Source: Sphaeroforma arctica JP610
Taxonomy: Eukaryota
DNA: 64,000 bases
NCBI RefSeq assembly: GCF_001186125.1
Contig: NW_014040542.1
Span: 51,861-115,860 of the forward strand
Direction: 5' to 3'
How positions within the stretch are numbered: position 1 is the first letter of the stretch; each line of letters begins with the position of its first letter. Of the stretch, positions 1 through 13,904 are shown piece by piece. Under the pieces are notes generated by a model. That model ran no database searches. It saw nothing but the letters and a program-made list of their open reading frames with translations, and was not told the DNA's origin. The translations under genes and the position numbers were made by a program.

Positions 1-35
1 GTGTGTGTGTGTATGTGTGTGTGTGTGTGTGTGTG

Positions 36-123
<88 letters not shown>

Positions 124-503
124 AATACATATATATATGCCATCGTATGACAAGGGATATGCTCAGGTGTTATGGTATCTCAATATTGAAATGACGAGGT
201 CCATCTTTAAAATTACAAGATGTATGGGCAGGCAATTGGACATATGACTATCATATTGAACATACGAGTTCATGCAGAACACGCCAGTGAAATAAAATCC
301 TGGTATGACGCACTGCATTAAAACATTGCTTCTCACAATTCAAGCATACTATCTGAGCCATTATAACAAAAGAAAAAGGCACAAATTCGGATATATGACA
401 TTCAAATTTGACATATGAGTGTTCATGCAGTGCAATCTAGGAAATAAACACCTGGTATATTGTACTACATTGACGCATTGTATCCAACAATTAAGCATAT
501 TAC

Positions 504-713
504 CTGAGCATCATTCTGTACATATTGCGCTTCCTCGTCGGTAAAAATTTTGAAGAACGCTGGAAGTATGGCCGCCAGGAATTTGGGATATTCCGGTGTA
601 AACACTACTTCGATCTTATCTCTGATCTCAGTCAACAACTGCAGTCTAGTTGCCGGGTCTCCTACGGCAGCGACCAGCTTCTGACCGACATCTACGTAGT
701 TGAGATCACTCAT
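504..713 (-). CDS. TRRAP: First coding exon of a TRRAP/Tra1-like PIKK-family scaffold; gene continues off the left edge
   Basis: MSDLNYVDVGQKLVAAVGDPATRLQLLTEIRDKIEVVFTPEYPKFLAAILPAFFKIFTDEEAQYVQNDAQ resembles the Tra1/TRRAP N-terminus (YxxFLxxxxPxF pattern). The 210-nt exon ends at CAG|gtaata. Only ~70 aa are visible. Confidence 0.7.
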
Positions 714-1599
714 CTCGGCGTATAATATATCAGCAGGGTGGTTAAAGTCCTTGCGGTTGCATAGACGAGAGAATATATTCTGCAAGACAGCAAAGCTGAT
801 AGTGTGTGCTGAAAAGACTCGTTTTTATAACCGATCTCTGCTGTAGTGCATGTCTGACTGAAAGCGAACTTCCAGGTGAAGTATATTTTGACGATTACTT
901 ACATCCGAATATATATACTTGTGTATCTTGCTATACTAAGGTTTTCACGAGCTCGCCAGCTGCGTAGTACACGCTTACAAGCTTGAGTAAATAGATACAT
1001 ACATACATACACCCTCCCGGAGATTAGTTACCCATGAATCCATCATGAAGTATTGGAAAGGGAAAGGCATGAACGGTATTCAACCGCCAAAACGAAGAAC
1101 CGCTATTTCTAAGCTATTGTGGGGAGAATTTCAAAAACTGAAGCTGGGAAATATGGTAGTAGCCCGTGCCGTACCGAACATCTAGTTAAAATCTTCGGCA
1201 TCTTTTTTAATTTATATGTGTGGATGTAAATGTGTAAAATATGTGCATTTTAACTACATATGATATAATATCCCCCCCCTTCCCCCACTTTAAAAAAAAA
1301 GCATATCAGATTTAAGATTTCGTGATTGCGATATCACACATATCCATAGCGCGAATACCATCACGTCCTACTTTCGTATGTTGTTGAATACCAGGAGTTA
1401 GCCACTAAGGAACATATGCACTACAGTAAATATAACTAGAATCACCTCTACATTTGTATCGGTACGTCTGTGCAGCGTGAGACACTACACCGTGTACATG
1501 GTTGTACAACTTGGTGCGGAATAGGTCTCAGATATATGCAGTTGCGGCTGACTCTTGTAGAAGTACTAGCTCGCAACAGCGGGCAACACAGCTGACACC

Positions 1600-2196
1600 A
1601 TGGTGTTAACTACGCGTCAGGAGGAAGAACTGTAAGTCTAGTAGCAATGTGAACGTGCAAACCAATACCATTATGTGTTTTGCTTAGTCTCAACCCCTGC
1701 TCAATCGCTTTTTAACAACAACTGACGTACAAACATATATAAATGTATATGTATATGTATATGTATATNNNNNNNNNNNNNNNNNNNNGTTTGTGTTTGT
1801 GTTTGTGTTTGTGTGTGTATGTATGTACGCATATATATATATATATATATATATAATATGTGTGTGTATCTGTTTACATTTATTGTGCGCGTGTGTTTTT
1901 TTGTGTGTTTTTGTGTGTATCTATATATATATATATATATAATATATTTGCCTTTGTATGTGTGTGTATGTATACCTGTAGCTGTGTGTATAGAAATATA
2001 TATATTTATTGTTATTGAGATATCCATTTATCTATATATAGATATATATATATATATATTTATAATTGTTAGTGTGGGGTTTTGAATATGTTTATATGTG
2101 GATTTCAATATGTATTTTCCTATGTACGTATTTTTACTTCCATATCATTCACATCTGTGTACGTATATATACTTTATATGTATATATGTATTTATT

Positions 2197-2250
<54 letters not shown>

Positions 2251-5200
2251 CTATGATAATAATTTGAAGCTAGAACTCGAACTATGCACCACTCCATATA
2301 CCGCCGGAGATCCTCACATACCATGCGTTGTTCGTCATCCCACAGCCGCAAATCGATCATGCAGTATCTACTTGACGCCGGTCTCTCACAGACAGCTAGT
2401 ACGCTTGAGAACGAAGCTCTCATGGATCCGCTTGATGGCAACGAAGCAAAAAAAAACACAGGCGAGCATTTATATCCGCCCGTTGGCGCTCTCATTCCTA
2501 CATTTCCATTTTCGGTCTTGCTCAATTGGGTTTGTGTCTAGTATGTCGGCATATAAGGAGAAGAACTCAGTGATTTTTGTTACGCTACAACGGATTATCT
2601 GCAGGTTTATTGGAGAAGAAATGGGTATCGGTGATGCGCCTTCAGAAGAAGGTCATGGACCTCACAGCTCAAGTGGCGACCCTCACGGAGGAACTCAGCC
2701 AATCGTCCACCCGAAAACCGAATAACCAAGGTATCATGTACAGTACATGAAATGTTGATTCAGATGTTAGAGCCTGTACCCAAAGTCGGACCCTAGATTA
2801 TATGTCCCAGGCATAAGGCTTGTTCCTGTGGCTATCGCCAGTGCGTGCACTCATGGTCGGAGCTAGTGCTTTCCATTGGTCTCGGTCAAACCTCAAGTCT
2901 GGTGAATCAAAAATGACAAGGGCAGGGTACTGAGTATCAAGTTCTGTGGTTAGGTCTCAGCGTAGCTCTGTGATCCGGTGCTAGCGATATATGTGCTTGA
3001 CTGTTTGCCACGCGATCGTATGCAAAGATGGGACCGTGTCGCATATGCGAACGCATGTACCATATCCCTCGTTGGAGCCCCCCACAGCACTTGCATTTCG
3101 ACTGTGTTGTACTTGTCAAGTTCTCTACTGTGCTATGTTTATCGCGGCCACCGCTGTGTGCCAGAGTCTTCTGAGCCGCCGTACGAGGCTATACTTATCA
3201 AATGTGTGAATGAAGCTCTTAATTAATATGGAAATGATTCTATTATACCTTTAGAAGACACTTGACAGAGCTTTACTTATTTCTACCTATTTTCTCCCGG
3301 CCAATGCGCAGACTGGATACCCCGGCCGCCGGAGAAACAAAGGTTAAAGGGACATAGAGGTCCCATTACGTGCGGTAAGTTAGTGGCACATCAACGTATT
3401 TGAGGCTTGGTTGCCATCAGGACCGCAGCACTGATGTACTTATGTTGTTGAGTTTGTTTATACACACACACTGTAGCTATTGTGTGAGCATGTATGTTGT
3501 CGCCCATCCGCCCCAGCCTGTCCTGATTACCCTCCGGCTATAGTGCGTGCGACAAACACCAAAGCACGAGCACAGGAATGCGGATACGTATTTGTAAAGA
3601 AGCACCGACGATTGGAGCTGTGGTTTTGAGATAGATGCGTTCGTAGCAATGAAAGTATCAAAAGCCGCCACTGACGGCTTCTGTGCGCGGGAAAACTCGT
3701 TCCGGAATTATTTGGAGGTGGCTGACAATGCAGTAGCACAACGGGCACTCGTACTGTACACCTGTCTCAATACGAGCCAACGGGGATGGAGCCTCAGCTG
3801 ATGCTTCATATCCTCGGTCAGCCGTCTCGTGCTGACCGAACAAGTGCGGATGGGTGCTTGACAATTGCGGCTTTCGATTTACTATGTTCGGTTGATTAGC
3901 TGTCTCTAATGTCTCGTCCTTTCTTGTGCTTCCGGCGCCCACAGTTCGATTCCATCCCGTTTATGCCCTCGCTGCCAGTGCCTCTGAAGACGCCACGATA
4001 AAGGTACACTTGGCTTACCCGAAGCTGTCCGCGTGTTTTCCAACTTTTAGTGGCATTGCTGTCATTGGCTGAAGTTCACATGGTAGTAATACATCCTATA
4101 TGACTCTAATTATGAGTAACCAAGCCGTGCCACTGATTGTCTATCCCAATTGTGCTGTATCTGTGCTTCGTCGGTTGTGCTTCGTCGGTTCATTAGCCTT
4201 GGATGAGATGTCGATTAGTCCTGAAACCTTTGTGTGTTAGACTTTTCAGAGCAGTACAACTAGCAGTGGCGAGCTCACCCAGGCTATCTATAGGACCGTA
4301 TGTCTATACTTCAACGTGGTTAACCAGAATCGCCGGCGATGTTTTTTAGGTTTAATTGTGTTTTCTACTAATTTTGAGTGCTATTTTGAGTGCTATTTTG
4401 AGCCTATACAACCCATACTTTTGTTGTATTGGACTCAATCTTGCACCACTCGCCCTGTGATGTGTCTCAGACTGTAGTTGCTGCGGGTCTCTCGCACTTT
4501 TCATTCATATATGTGGCTTGCACATACTCTGACAAGTTATTGAGCTCCCTGGCCCACATTGCGAGGGGGAAATTCATAAGTTGTATATGGTGTCTATCGG
4601 TATTACAGTCGCAAGTATTCTCGTGGGTTCAAGTATTCTCGTGGGTTGGTGATATCATCTGCAGCTGTGCTCATACCCACTGCACAGTACACTTCACTCA
4701 CCGTGCTGGCCGTCACGCCTCTCTGCAGGTGTGGGACTATGAGACCGGAGAGTTTGAGCGAACCTTAAAGGGGCACACGAATATAGTACAGACGATAGCC
4801 TTTAACCACAGCGGCAGTGTCATCGCATCGGCGTCCGCTGATTTGACCATCAAGCTGTGGGACTTCCAAACATACGAGTGCACAAAAACACTCTATGGTA
4901 TGTCGCTCGTGATATCGACTGTGCGTTTGCCAGCTCTGTGTTTTTTTTATGTGTGTGTCTGACTTTGGATAGACCCGTAGAATGATTCTAATGAGTGCTG
5001 TGTGTCTATATATTTGGTGTGTATTTGTTGTGCTGCGTATGTAGTGCTACATGTTTGAGCCGTACGTGTTATGTGTACAGCAGTGTGACATCTTCTGGGT
5101 ATAGTCACTGTGAGACCTTCCAATGAGTGCTGTGTGTCTGGTGTGTATTTTTTTTGCAGCGTATGAAGTGCTACATGTTTGAGCCGTACGTGTTATGTAT

Positions 5201-8200
5201 ACAGCAATGTGACATCTTCTGGGTATAGTCACTGAGACCCTTTCATAAGTGCTGTGTCTCTATTACTTGGTGTGTATTTGTGCGTGTACGTGCAGCGGAG
5301 TCTAGTAGTACTTAGCAGCAACCATTCGAAGCCATGATTGGGCGCTACATGGATGCTGAGCACGGTGCAGCTAGCGGTGCCTCTGGTGTACGCTCTTAAA
5401 CCGGTTTCTGAACAATAAGGTAGTCCTTCCGTTGTCCCAGTCACTATGATACGGCAGCATTGCCAGCAGCTCAGCCCCTGATAACGTTTTTCGGAGTGGG
5501 CGTCTTCAGTCGTGAGATCTCATATTAGCGTTGCTAAATAGTAACCAGTTTCGATGGAAAGCTTTAAGTCAAGATCTTGTGCCTATGTACGACCGGCTAT
5601 CGCGCGTTATTCGTTTTATTTTCATCACCCGACGGCAAACACTTACAGCACCGAAGCGCAGTTGCTTTCCTTTAATTGCCATTCACCCAAAAGCCTGCGC
5701 GCGCTATTCATTCGATGATGTTAGCTGTTAGGTAGTCATCCTTTGTGCTCGTGCGAGTGTCATATCAGCATCCCCATGTGTGTGGTGCTGGGCAGCCTAC
5801 TTCTGCCGTGTTTGCCACTTAGACTACTCCTGATTGTTACAGGACATGATCACAACATATCTGGAGTGACCTTTACACCCTCGGGGGATCATATCCTTTC
5901 TGCTTCGCGAGATAAGACAATTAAAATGTGGGAGGTGGCTACTGGGTAGGTGAGATGGTAGTGTACTTGCGCGTGTATTAGAGCGGTGGAACTTGTCCAT
6001 GTGTGCTCCTTGGTAGGTGTGTGATTGTGATATATGTATGTGTATGGCGGTAAATACTGTTACCTTGTGATTGTTGCATACCGTGGCAGATAGACATCTT
6101 TTTCAACCAGATGCTTTAGATGTGAGCGTGTGGACATAATGTGTACGTATGGTTCGATATCAGTGCATGTGACGGCGATTGCGTGTATATCACGGATGTG
6201 TGCTTTTGCCTATGGTTTCTGGTGTTCGCCGCTGTCTAAGTATGTGTTTGCATCTGCAGTGCGAGTATTTCTATTTATTCCTAACTGTGGACAGTCATGT
6301 GGGTAGTAGTCTGCATGCAGAGGTCCTACTGCCGTGTATGGTGTGTGGTGAATAATAATCTACTACGTGTACAGTTAACCTTAGTCTGCGGCTGCCTTTC
6401 AATAGCTGGTTCTGTATATATATCAGGATCCAAGCGACCAACGTAGTCTTAGGGGGGGGGGCTTCGTTGCTTCTTAGATTTCTATCAGAGACTCGCTTCT
6501 ACTCTATCCCTATACAAGCGATGTGGGTGTACAGCTGGGCCAAAACCACACTACAGCCCACAGGACGTGTGCGACAAACGACAAAACCACGCCACAGAAC
6601 GAACCTTTCTGCACATTTTTCTTGTGTTCAGTTTCTGATGGACACCCCTGGTTCCTCCGTTCTCTGATCAGATACTGCGTGAAGACTTTCCAGGGCCATT
6701 CCGATTGGGTGAGGTCTGTGGCCATCACCGTGGATAGCGCGATGTTTGCGACGGCGTCTAACGATCAGGTGCGGCTGCTGCACTCTCAGTCCACTTCTTC
6801 GCAAACGAATTGCTGTGTTTAGTGTACATAGATATGTCTAAACACCAATTTCCAAGTCTGTGTCTGATTCCGTCTGCTATCCCACACAACCTATTTGCCC
6901 TTGAGAATGCTTTTGTGCACATTCTTGTCGGACGTGCTATATCACACGACGGTCGTTCTATTTCAAGGATCTGAGAGACCATTTGAAGCATGCAGTCCGA
7001 GATACAACGCGGTGCAAATGAAAGCGTTTGGCATGGCCTCACATGTCTAAGGGACGCCTAACATCAAATGAAAGCGTTTGGTATGGGCTTACATGTCTAA
7101 GGGACACCTAACATCAAATGAAAGCGTTTGGTATGGCCTAACATGTCTAAGGGACGCTTAACATCAAATGAAAGCGTTTGGTATGGCCTTACATGTCTAA
7201 GAGACGCCTAACATCAAATGAAAGCGTTTGGTAGGGCCTTACATGTCTAAAGGACGCCTATCATCAAATGAAAGCATTTGGTATGGCCTTACATGTCTAA
7301 GAGACGCCTAACATCAAATGAAAGCGTTTGGTAGGGCCTTACATGTCTAAAGGACGCCTATCATCAAATGAAAGCATTTGGTATGGCCTTACATGTCTAA
7401 GAGACGCCTAACATCAAATGAAAGCGTTTGGTAGGGCCTTACATGTCTAAAGGACGCCTATCATCAAATGAAAGCATTTGGTATGGCCTTACATGTCTAA
7501 GGGACGCCTAACATGCTTATTCGCCCACATGGCTGTACCAATAGCACCCCCACAGTCTGCAGGCATATGTATACTGACTAATGTCATTCGCGCTTGTGCA
7601 CACGCACACCCTTACAGACGGTCCGTATATGGAATCTTAGTTCAGGTGAGACCAAGCTAGAATTACGAGGACACTCACATGTGGTCGAATGCGTAGCCTT
7701 TGCCAACGAGAAAGCGTGTGCGGCTATTGAGGAGTTGATGAGAGGCGGTCCCAAAGAAGGGGACGCGAGTACAAAGGCGCCAGCCAAAAATAGGAATGGG
7801 CTTGTTAGCCGGTTTGTGGCCACGGGATCACGAGATAAGGCTATTAAAATATGGGACGCAAACAACGGCAATTGTGTTGCCACGCTGGTATGTGCGTTTG
7901 GGTACTGATTTTCGTTATGACGAGGTGTGTATAGTGAAGTAGAAATGCGTATCGATAGGCTGATAGTTAGGTGTTTGTATATATTGGTGTAGATGTGTGT
8001 GTGTCTGGAATTTTGTTGTGTGAAAGCCCGACTTCCGCCTTCGGACATGCAGTACTCGTATAATCACTTTTCTCACTGCTGGCGCCACAGTCAGCACCTC
8101 CAATGCGAGACTGACCTGCTATTATATGTCGCCATGTGAGCACAACATTGGAACACCTTTGAGCAGTTTGGAGAGGTCAATGTACGCTGTTGCAAACTAT

Positions 8201-9317
8201 ATATTTGTTGCGCTTGCTTCTAGTTAAGATCTGCGTACTCGGTTACATTGCCTAGCAATGAATTGCTTGCGATGATAGCGTGTTACGAGTGTGAACTTGA
8301 TATGTGATTTATGATCCATCAGTTAGCAATAGGTTTTATATTGATGGATTAGCACCTTCCGCTTATATTTGCCCTGTACCTTGGAACAAGTCTTGTTTGA
8401 GATGCACATTGTCGGTCGTTTTATGCTACTGGATTGTTAGATGGGATTCAGTCTGGAAAATTTGTTCAATTAACGAACACATTTGATGATTTTCGAAATG
8501 CTCAATATAGTGTTCTGATCCTATCTTGCTCATCACATTCATCTCGCATCCAGGTGGGGCACGACAATTGGGTGAGGGAAGTAGCATTCCATCCGAATGG
8601 AAGGCTGCTGCTTTCATGTGGGGATGACAAGGTGCGATCGCTTGTGTACTTGTGCCAGTGCGAACGTATAGAATAGCTGTATTTTAGTGTAGCAGAATTA
8701 TTTGCAAGTATTACGAGCTAACATTCGTTTATGACGTGTGATTGTTTGGTTGCGCAATGCATCTGCGATGGGATTTCACTAGGGTACAGAAACAAGTATT
8801 TTTGGAATGTTTAGATGTTTCTACTAAAAGTATATCTGCTCCGTGACCATATCGTATGGTCGGCAATTCAAGTTTGCGCTTTGAGAAGTATTTGGCATCG
8901 CCCTTCCCACGTACGTGCTCTCAACAGCACTTGCATACGCATATGTATACCTGCATATATATATATATATATATATGGCTCATATATCTGCACTTTCTGA
9001 GTATTAACAGAGTTGTAAATGCCACCATTGGTGTTTGTGAGACCGGGCGTCCTTCATTCTCACAAATCTTTGCCGACTCCTATCTGATCAATGTAAGTGC
9101 GGGCTTCTTTTCTGCCTTATTTCATACTCAACTCTCGCCTCGATCGTCTGACTCCTCCACCTAGACCGTGCGGATATGGGATCTTGCAGCGGGCCGATTG
9201 GCAAAGACACTCAACGCACACGAACACTTCTGTAGCACTCTAGACATACACCACACAAATCCGGTGGTGATCACTGGCAGTGTTGATGAATGTATCAAAG
9301 TATGGGAGGGCCGATGA
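1600..9317 (+). CDS. PAFAH1B1: Lissencephaly-1 homolog (LisH, coiled coil, WD40 repeats), dynein regulator; 11 exons
   Basis: Exons 1600-1631, 2346-2461, 2605-2730, 3312-3374, 3945-4003, 4729-4897, 5843-5945, 6672-6768, 7618-7887, 8554-8631, 9165-9317 splice in frame. Product reads [11 protein letters not shown]...[20 protein letters not shown]...DWIPRPPEK...[26 protein letters not shown]...GHDNWVR...IKVWEGR*, matching LIS1 end to end. Confidence 0.97.
4990..5281. repeat. Intronic tandem duplication, ~132-bp unit, ~2.3 copies (LIS1 intron 6)
   Basis: agtgctgtgtgtct...gtgctacatgtttgagccgtacgtgttatgt...gtgacatcttctgggtatagtcactg recurs with few differences. Confidence 0.85.
7015..7514. repeat. 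Minisatellite, 10 x 50 bp (LIS1 intron 8)
   Basis: Unit caaatgaaagcgtttggtatggccttacatgtctaagggacgcctaacat repeats head to tail at an exact 50-bp period. Confidence 0.95.
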
Positions 9318-9514
9318 GGGGCGCCGAACGAGCGTGCGTGCGAGTATGACTTGGATCGAGCTCCGAAGGATTAATAAAATAAGATGATAATGAAGCGTTT
9401 GCTCTGCTTTCCATTTGCGAGCGTGAGTGTTAAATTTCAATTCGGCATAAATATGTGTGTATGTGGTGTTATCGTGAAAATATGTATATGTACATATGTA
9501 TATGTATATATATT

Positions 9515-9549
<35 letters not shown>

Positions 9550-9631
9550 ATATATTATGTACATATGCATATATATATATATATATATTTGTCTGTGTCT
9601 GTGTCTATGTCTGTGTCTGTCTGTGTGTGCG

Positions 9632-9704
<73 letters not shown>

Positions 9705-11164
9705 AATGCAGCAGGACAAATCCCTTGGTCACGAATGTAGAGACGGATGCCGGTCTAGCATCAGACGAGAAACCACAACTGACCCACACTATGAGGGCTA
9801 GCGACATTAAATCTACAGATAAGTTCATGCAGCAATTGTGAAGTGCGGAATTTCGGCACGCGTAAGTATCGACGAGATAAAGAGCGACAAGAGTCTGAGG
9901 AGATACACTGTACAGGAGTGTACGATGAGATATAACAATAACGTGTACAACCCGTTGCGATATAATAATTATGACAAGAACCAGTTTAATATGACGTCAA
10001 CCAGGGGTGATAGTTGATGCGATACTTAGAGTCTGACTGCCGAATAATCAACACGCTCGATACTATATATAATATCGAATATTAAATGATGTTTGAACTA
10101 CGTGCTAATTCTTAATCGAGGAACCAATGCTTGAGATGTGATCTACAGCGTATAAGGGTATTTTATTACACTGTCAATCGCAGCCGCTAATAAAAGGGCA
10201 GAGATTATTCATGATTCATGATTTTTCGTGAGTCTACAAGATCGCGTAACGCACTCGTAAACGCAGCCGTTAGTGAAAGCGCATATAACATCAATGATAG
10301 TGGTTTTTCTTTTGTATATATCGAACGCGTATAGTGTAGTCCCACCAAGGTTGCGAAAAGGCTAACAGTTTACTATTCAATGTCCCAGTCCTAAGTGTGC
10401 AATGTCAATGTGACTATGTGATCCACAGCCCTCTGGCCCAATCTGAAACTCTGGCCCAATCAAAAAGGTGAAAGCAAATGTTGAGGTTTCTATTCTAAAA
10501 ACGCAAACACGAACTCAGAATATCTCATCTTGACATATTTATTAAAATGACGCCGGTTATGACTTTCATTAAAAAAACATTCTTTAAAGTTTATGTTCTG
10601 CGTAATCGCAGCCTACATCTCCTTCACTGCCACTTTCTTCAGGTGGTGGAATAGAAGGTGCTCGATTGCTTCTCCATTCTTCTAAGGAGGAAATACCAAT
10701 TTATATTATTTTTCCCTTGACAAGAGGAAAAAACCCGTGGAAAAGTAGGTGGGAAAAACACGTGAAAAAAGGGGTTTTCTTGTATCTTTCCCTACTAAAT
10801 GCGATCAACTCTTTACGAATCCACTATAGTCTTTATTTTCTTCCGGTTCTGACAAGTTCTTTCTCCCCAGGGAATCCCAAAGTTTTGAAAATGATTCGTG
10901 TAAATACTTGCTGAATTTGATTTCTATCTGGGTTGTGTCGTCTAGAAATTAATAATTGAAGAAAATAAATCAATTCTTTGAATTGATGACGTTTTAGCCA
11001 ATATAGGTTGGAGAACAAGTTCAATACAGACTCGTCAAAATTCAGATATTAGCTGAATTAAATTGTCCACTTTCTTATTGCGGCCTTAATACATCAGTTT
11101 GAAAACAAAGTAGAACACTGTTTGGAAGTTGGCTTTAACAAACGTCCAAAAAAAAAAACACCGT

Positions 11165-11405
11165 GCTGACAAATAGAGCCTGTCTTCCTGCTGCTTCCGG
11201 ATGCTGCCGAATATGTTGCGCAGATAGACCAGATTGTTTTCATAAAATACGACCCAGGTAGGAGGATTTTCCTCATTTCTTCTATCTTTCTGAAACCCCT
11301 AAACAAAAGGAAAACAGTAGAGCCTGCCCTGCTGCTGCTTCCAGATATTGCCAAATATGTTGCGCAGATATGCCAGATTATTTTCATAGTATATGACTCG
11401 GATAG
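11165..11405. repeat. Diverged direct duplication, 144-bp period
   Basis: tagagcctg...ctgctgcttcc...atatgttgcgcagata...ttttcata occurs twice; the matching cat trinucleotides are at 11241 and 11385. Confidence 0.8.
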
Positions 11406-12642
11406 TTTATTTTATCTTTCTGTCGATTCATCCTCGCATGTGAAAATAGGTAGAATGGGTGTGATTTTGTGTAAAGGGAATGTCAGAGTAAGTACTATTG
11501 ACTTAGCTCAGCTTCTCGAGATTTACAGCTGGTAGCGTACATACGGCAAGTAACGTTAATTCAAACTATATTAAGCGATATGAAAGCAATAATCTTTCTA
11601 AAATACCGGTATGCCCAGCTAGTTGGACATTTAGCCTTTCGATTCAGTGGGTTTCAAAGCATCACATATATGCAATATTGGTTCAAATTCAACTGTTTTC
11701 TTCAATTGTTCAATCCGAATTGCAAGAAGAAGGTACTTAATTCTGCCTAGGACGTTATGTAGTTTTATTGATTTTGTTTTGTTTTCTTAATCACAGCTTG
11801 ATTACTATAAAATAAATGAACTGATCTTTTACCGAAGAATTGACATAATCTACTATCCTTCGTTTTTTTTATTACAACCCTTTGCAATTTCATTTCAACT
11901 TCTGAGCGCCAGCACAAAACTTTATTGGGACTATGGTATCCCGAATTGACTGCCAAATCCGAAAGGTAACATAAGAGAAATTGCTGGTGAACGAAGAATA
12001 ATCCGATAAATGTCTCTCGCATGGCACTTGTAGCTTTGAATGCCTTATATTCTATTCTATTCGCTGGATGCTAGCACCTTTATCAAAAGTACTTTCTCGC
12101 AAATGTCTTACGGCTGTAATATGTTGCTCGGATTGGATTAATGCAGTCCAGGTTATATGTGAAATTGGTAGAGACAAGCTCAGGGTCGTCTATCACAATG
12201 TTATATCCACAAATAGTCAGCACGGTTGCGCTACTTGCAAGATAGTCTGCCAAACGAGCCTGCTCCATCAACATCTCGGTCATTCTAGCATCCAAGAATG
12301 GTGGGCTTCGAGATAAAGGTACGTCGACGGCAAACAGTGTATCCAAAACTATCATTATCAGTCGAATTAGAAGAGAAACGACGAGTATCATCAGATATTA
12401 TATTCAAATTAGGAATTTTCGGCCAGGTTCTGCAGAATGCACAGAACTAAGCATTTGAGAAGGCATTTCCCCCCCCCCAGTTAGTAGCGAATTCCAGTGA
12501 TAAAGCATTTGCAGTACCTATCGCACTGCCAGTAGTATGATTTGCAACCCGCGTTCACAAGTATTCCTGTAGTACTAGTTATGGTCATTGCAGTCTGATA
12601 TACAAAACTTCAGTCTATGTAGAAATTATGATCGCTCAATAC

Positions 12643-12804
12643 TATTATACGTACAAACGTGCAATGCGAGGGATATGTTATGATACCCGATTGTGCGATC
12701 AAATGTTTGTTTGTACCGTTTCTTATTATACGTACAAACGTGCAATGCGAGGGATATGTTATGATACCCGATTGTGCGATCTAATGTTTGTTTGTACCGT
12801 TTCT
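12643..12804. repeat. Near-perfect tandem duplication, 2 x 81 bp
   Basis: tattatacgtacaaacgtgcaatgcgagggatatg...gtaccgtttct starts at 12643 and again at 12724. Confidence 0.9.
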
Positions 12805-13904
12805 GAAGAATGATTTTCGACAGTCGAGTTGCAAACATGAAGAAAAGTAATAGTATCAAATGCAGTATAAATTTGAACAACCGATATTGCTTCATTATAA
12901 TTTTTGCAAAGATCATAATACACTTAAACTTTCGGTTGTTATATCCCGATATATTGACAAGTTGGTTTGTGAAACATAATACTCGAAAATGTATCAGATT
13001 CGCTTTTGATGTAATTCCTTGTAGAGCACAAATTTAGATTCACAATCAAACACTATTTGAAGCCAAACGTATGGAAAGAAAATAGCAACATGAATGTTTC
13101 GAGCTCAAATTTGAGTATCTCAGGTATATGAGAATACTGTAATAGAAACATATACTATCTATAGCTACCCAAGTGTACATTCCAGAATAACCTTTAATAT
13201 GTTAAACTACCATAGACTCTACTAGCAACCAAACAAACACGATTTCGTTGTATACGTAATCTTACAACAAAATAAATCGAAGAAGGCATCGTCCTATATT
13301 TGAAGACTATATGTCGTGTTTTACGCCTCTGTCCATCTTGTTCTTTTTTTGCCCGCTTTTTGGCTGTGATGTCTAGTTCCCCTTCCTTACCGTACAAGGT
13401 ATTCGTGATCTCGTCGATCAAGCTCTTTAGTTGAAAGAACGAGTGAGGAATACCATACGCGTAGTCCTGAAGAGCAACAGATCCTTGTTATAACGGATTG
13501 TCACTGAGGGAGAGTCTTCACAGTATCGCAAGCTAGCTCTGATATACCTATTTGATACACCTTAGATAAAAACGTTAGAGAAAATCATGACATTCTATTA
13601 ACGCGAATAATGATTTTATCAAACCTATTCGCTGTCTATTCACTCGTTAGCGAATTCACTAAAACGTATCAATAACGCCTTCAAAATCTTAAGTTCCAAA
13701 TAACTTCGCAGCCTCCTAACTATGCAAGGTGAAGGTAGGGTGCACAAACATCATGCAAGGCAATCTTTAAAATTCCGGCATCCCTCTATAAAGAGACAAC
13801 TGACATCAATTTCTCGCTCTTCGAAATTCTTCCTGGACTTAGGAAATTGAAGAAATACGGATTCACAAACGATCATTAAAGGTGAATGAAATCCTTCATT
13901 TTCA

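Noticed and set aside
1150..1186. Helitron-like 3' end (cccgtgccgta...ctagt)
   Set aside because: The hairpin is incomplete and no 5' end or further copies are visible.
7015..7514. CRISPR-like array of palindromic repeats
   Set aside because: Units are contiguous with no unique spacers, no cas genes are present, and the array lies in a eukaryotic intron.
10431..10461. Direct repeat ctctggcccaat x2 resembling a transposon terminus
   Set aside because: I found no inverted partner, target-site duplication or transposase in the window.
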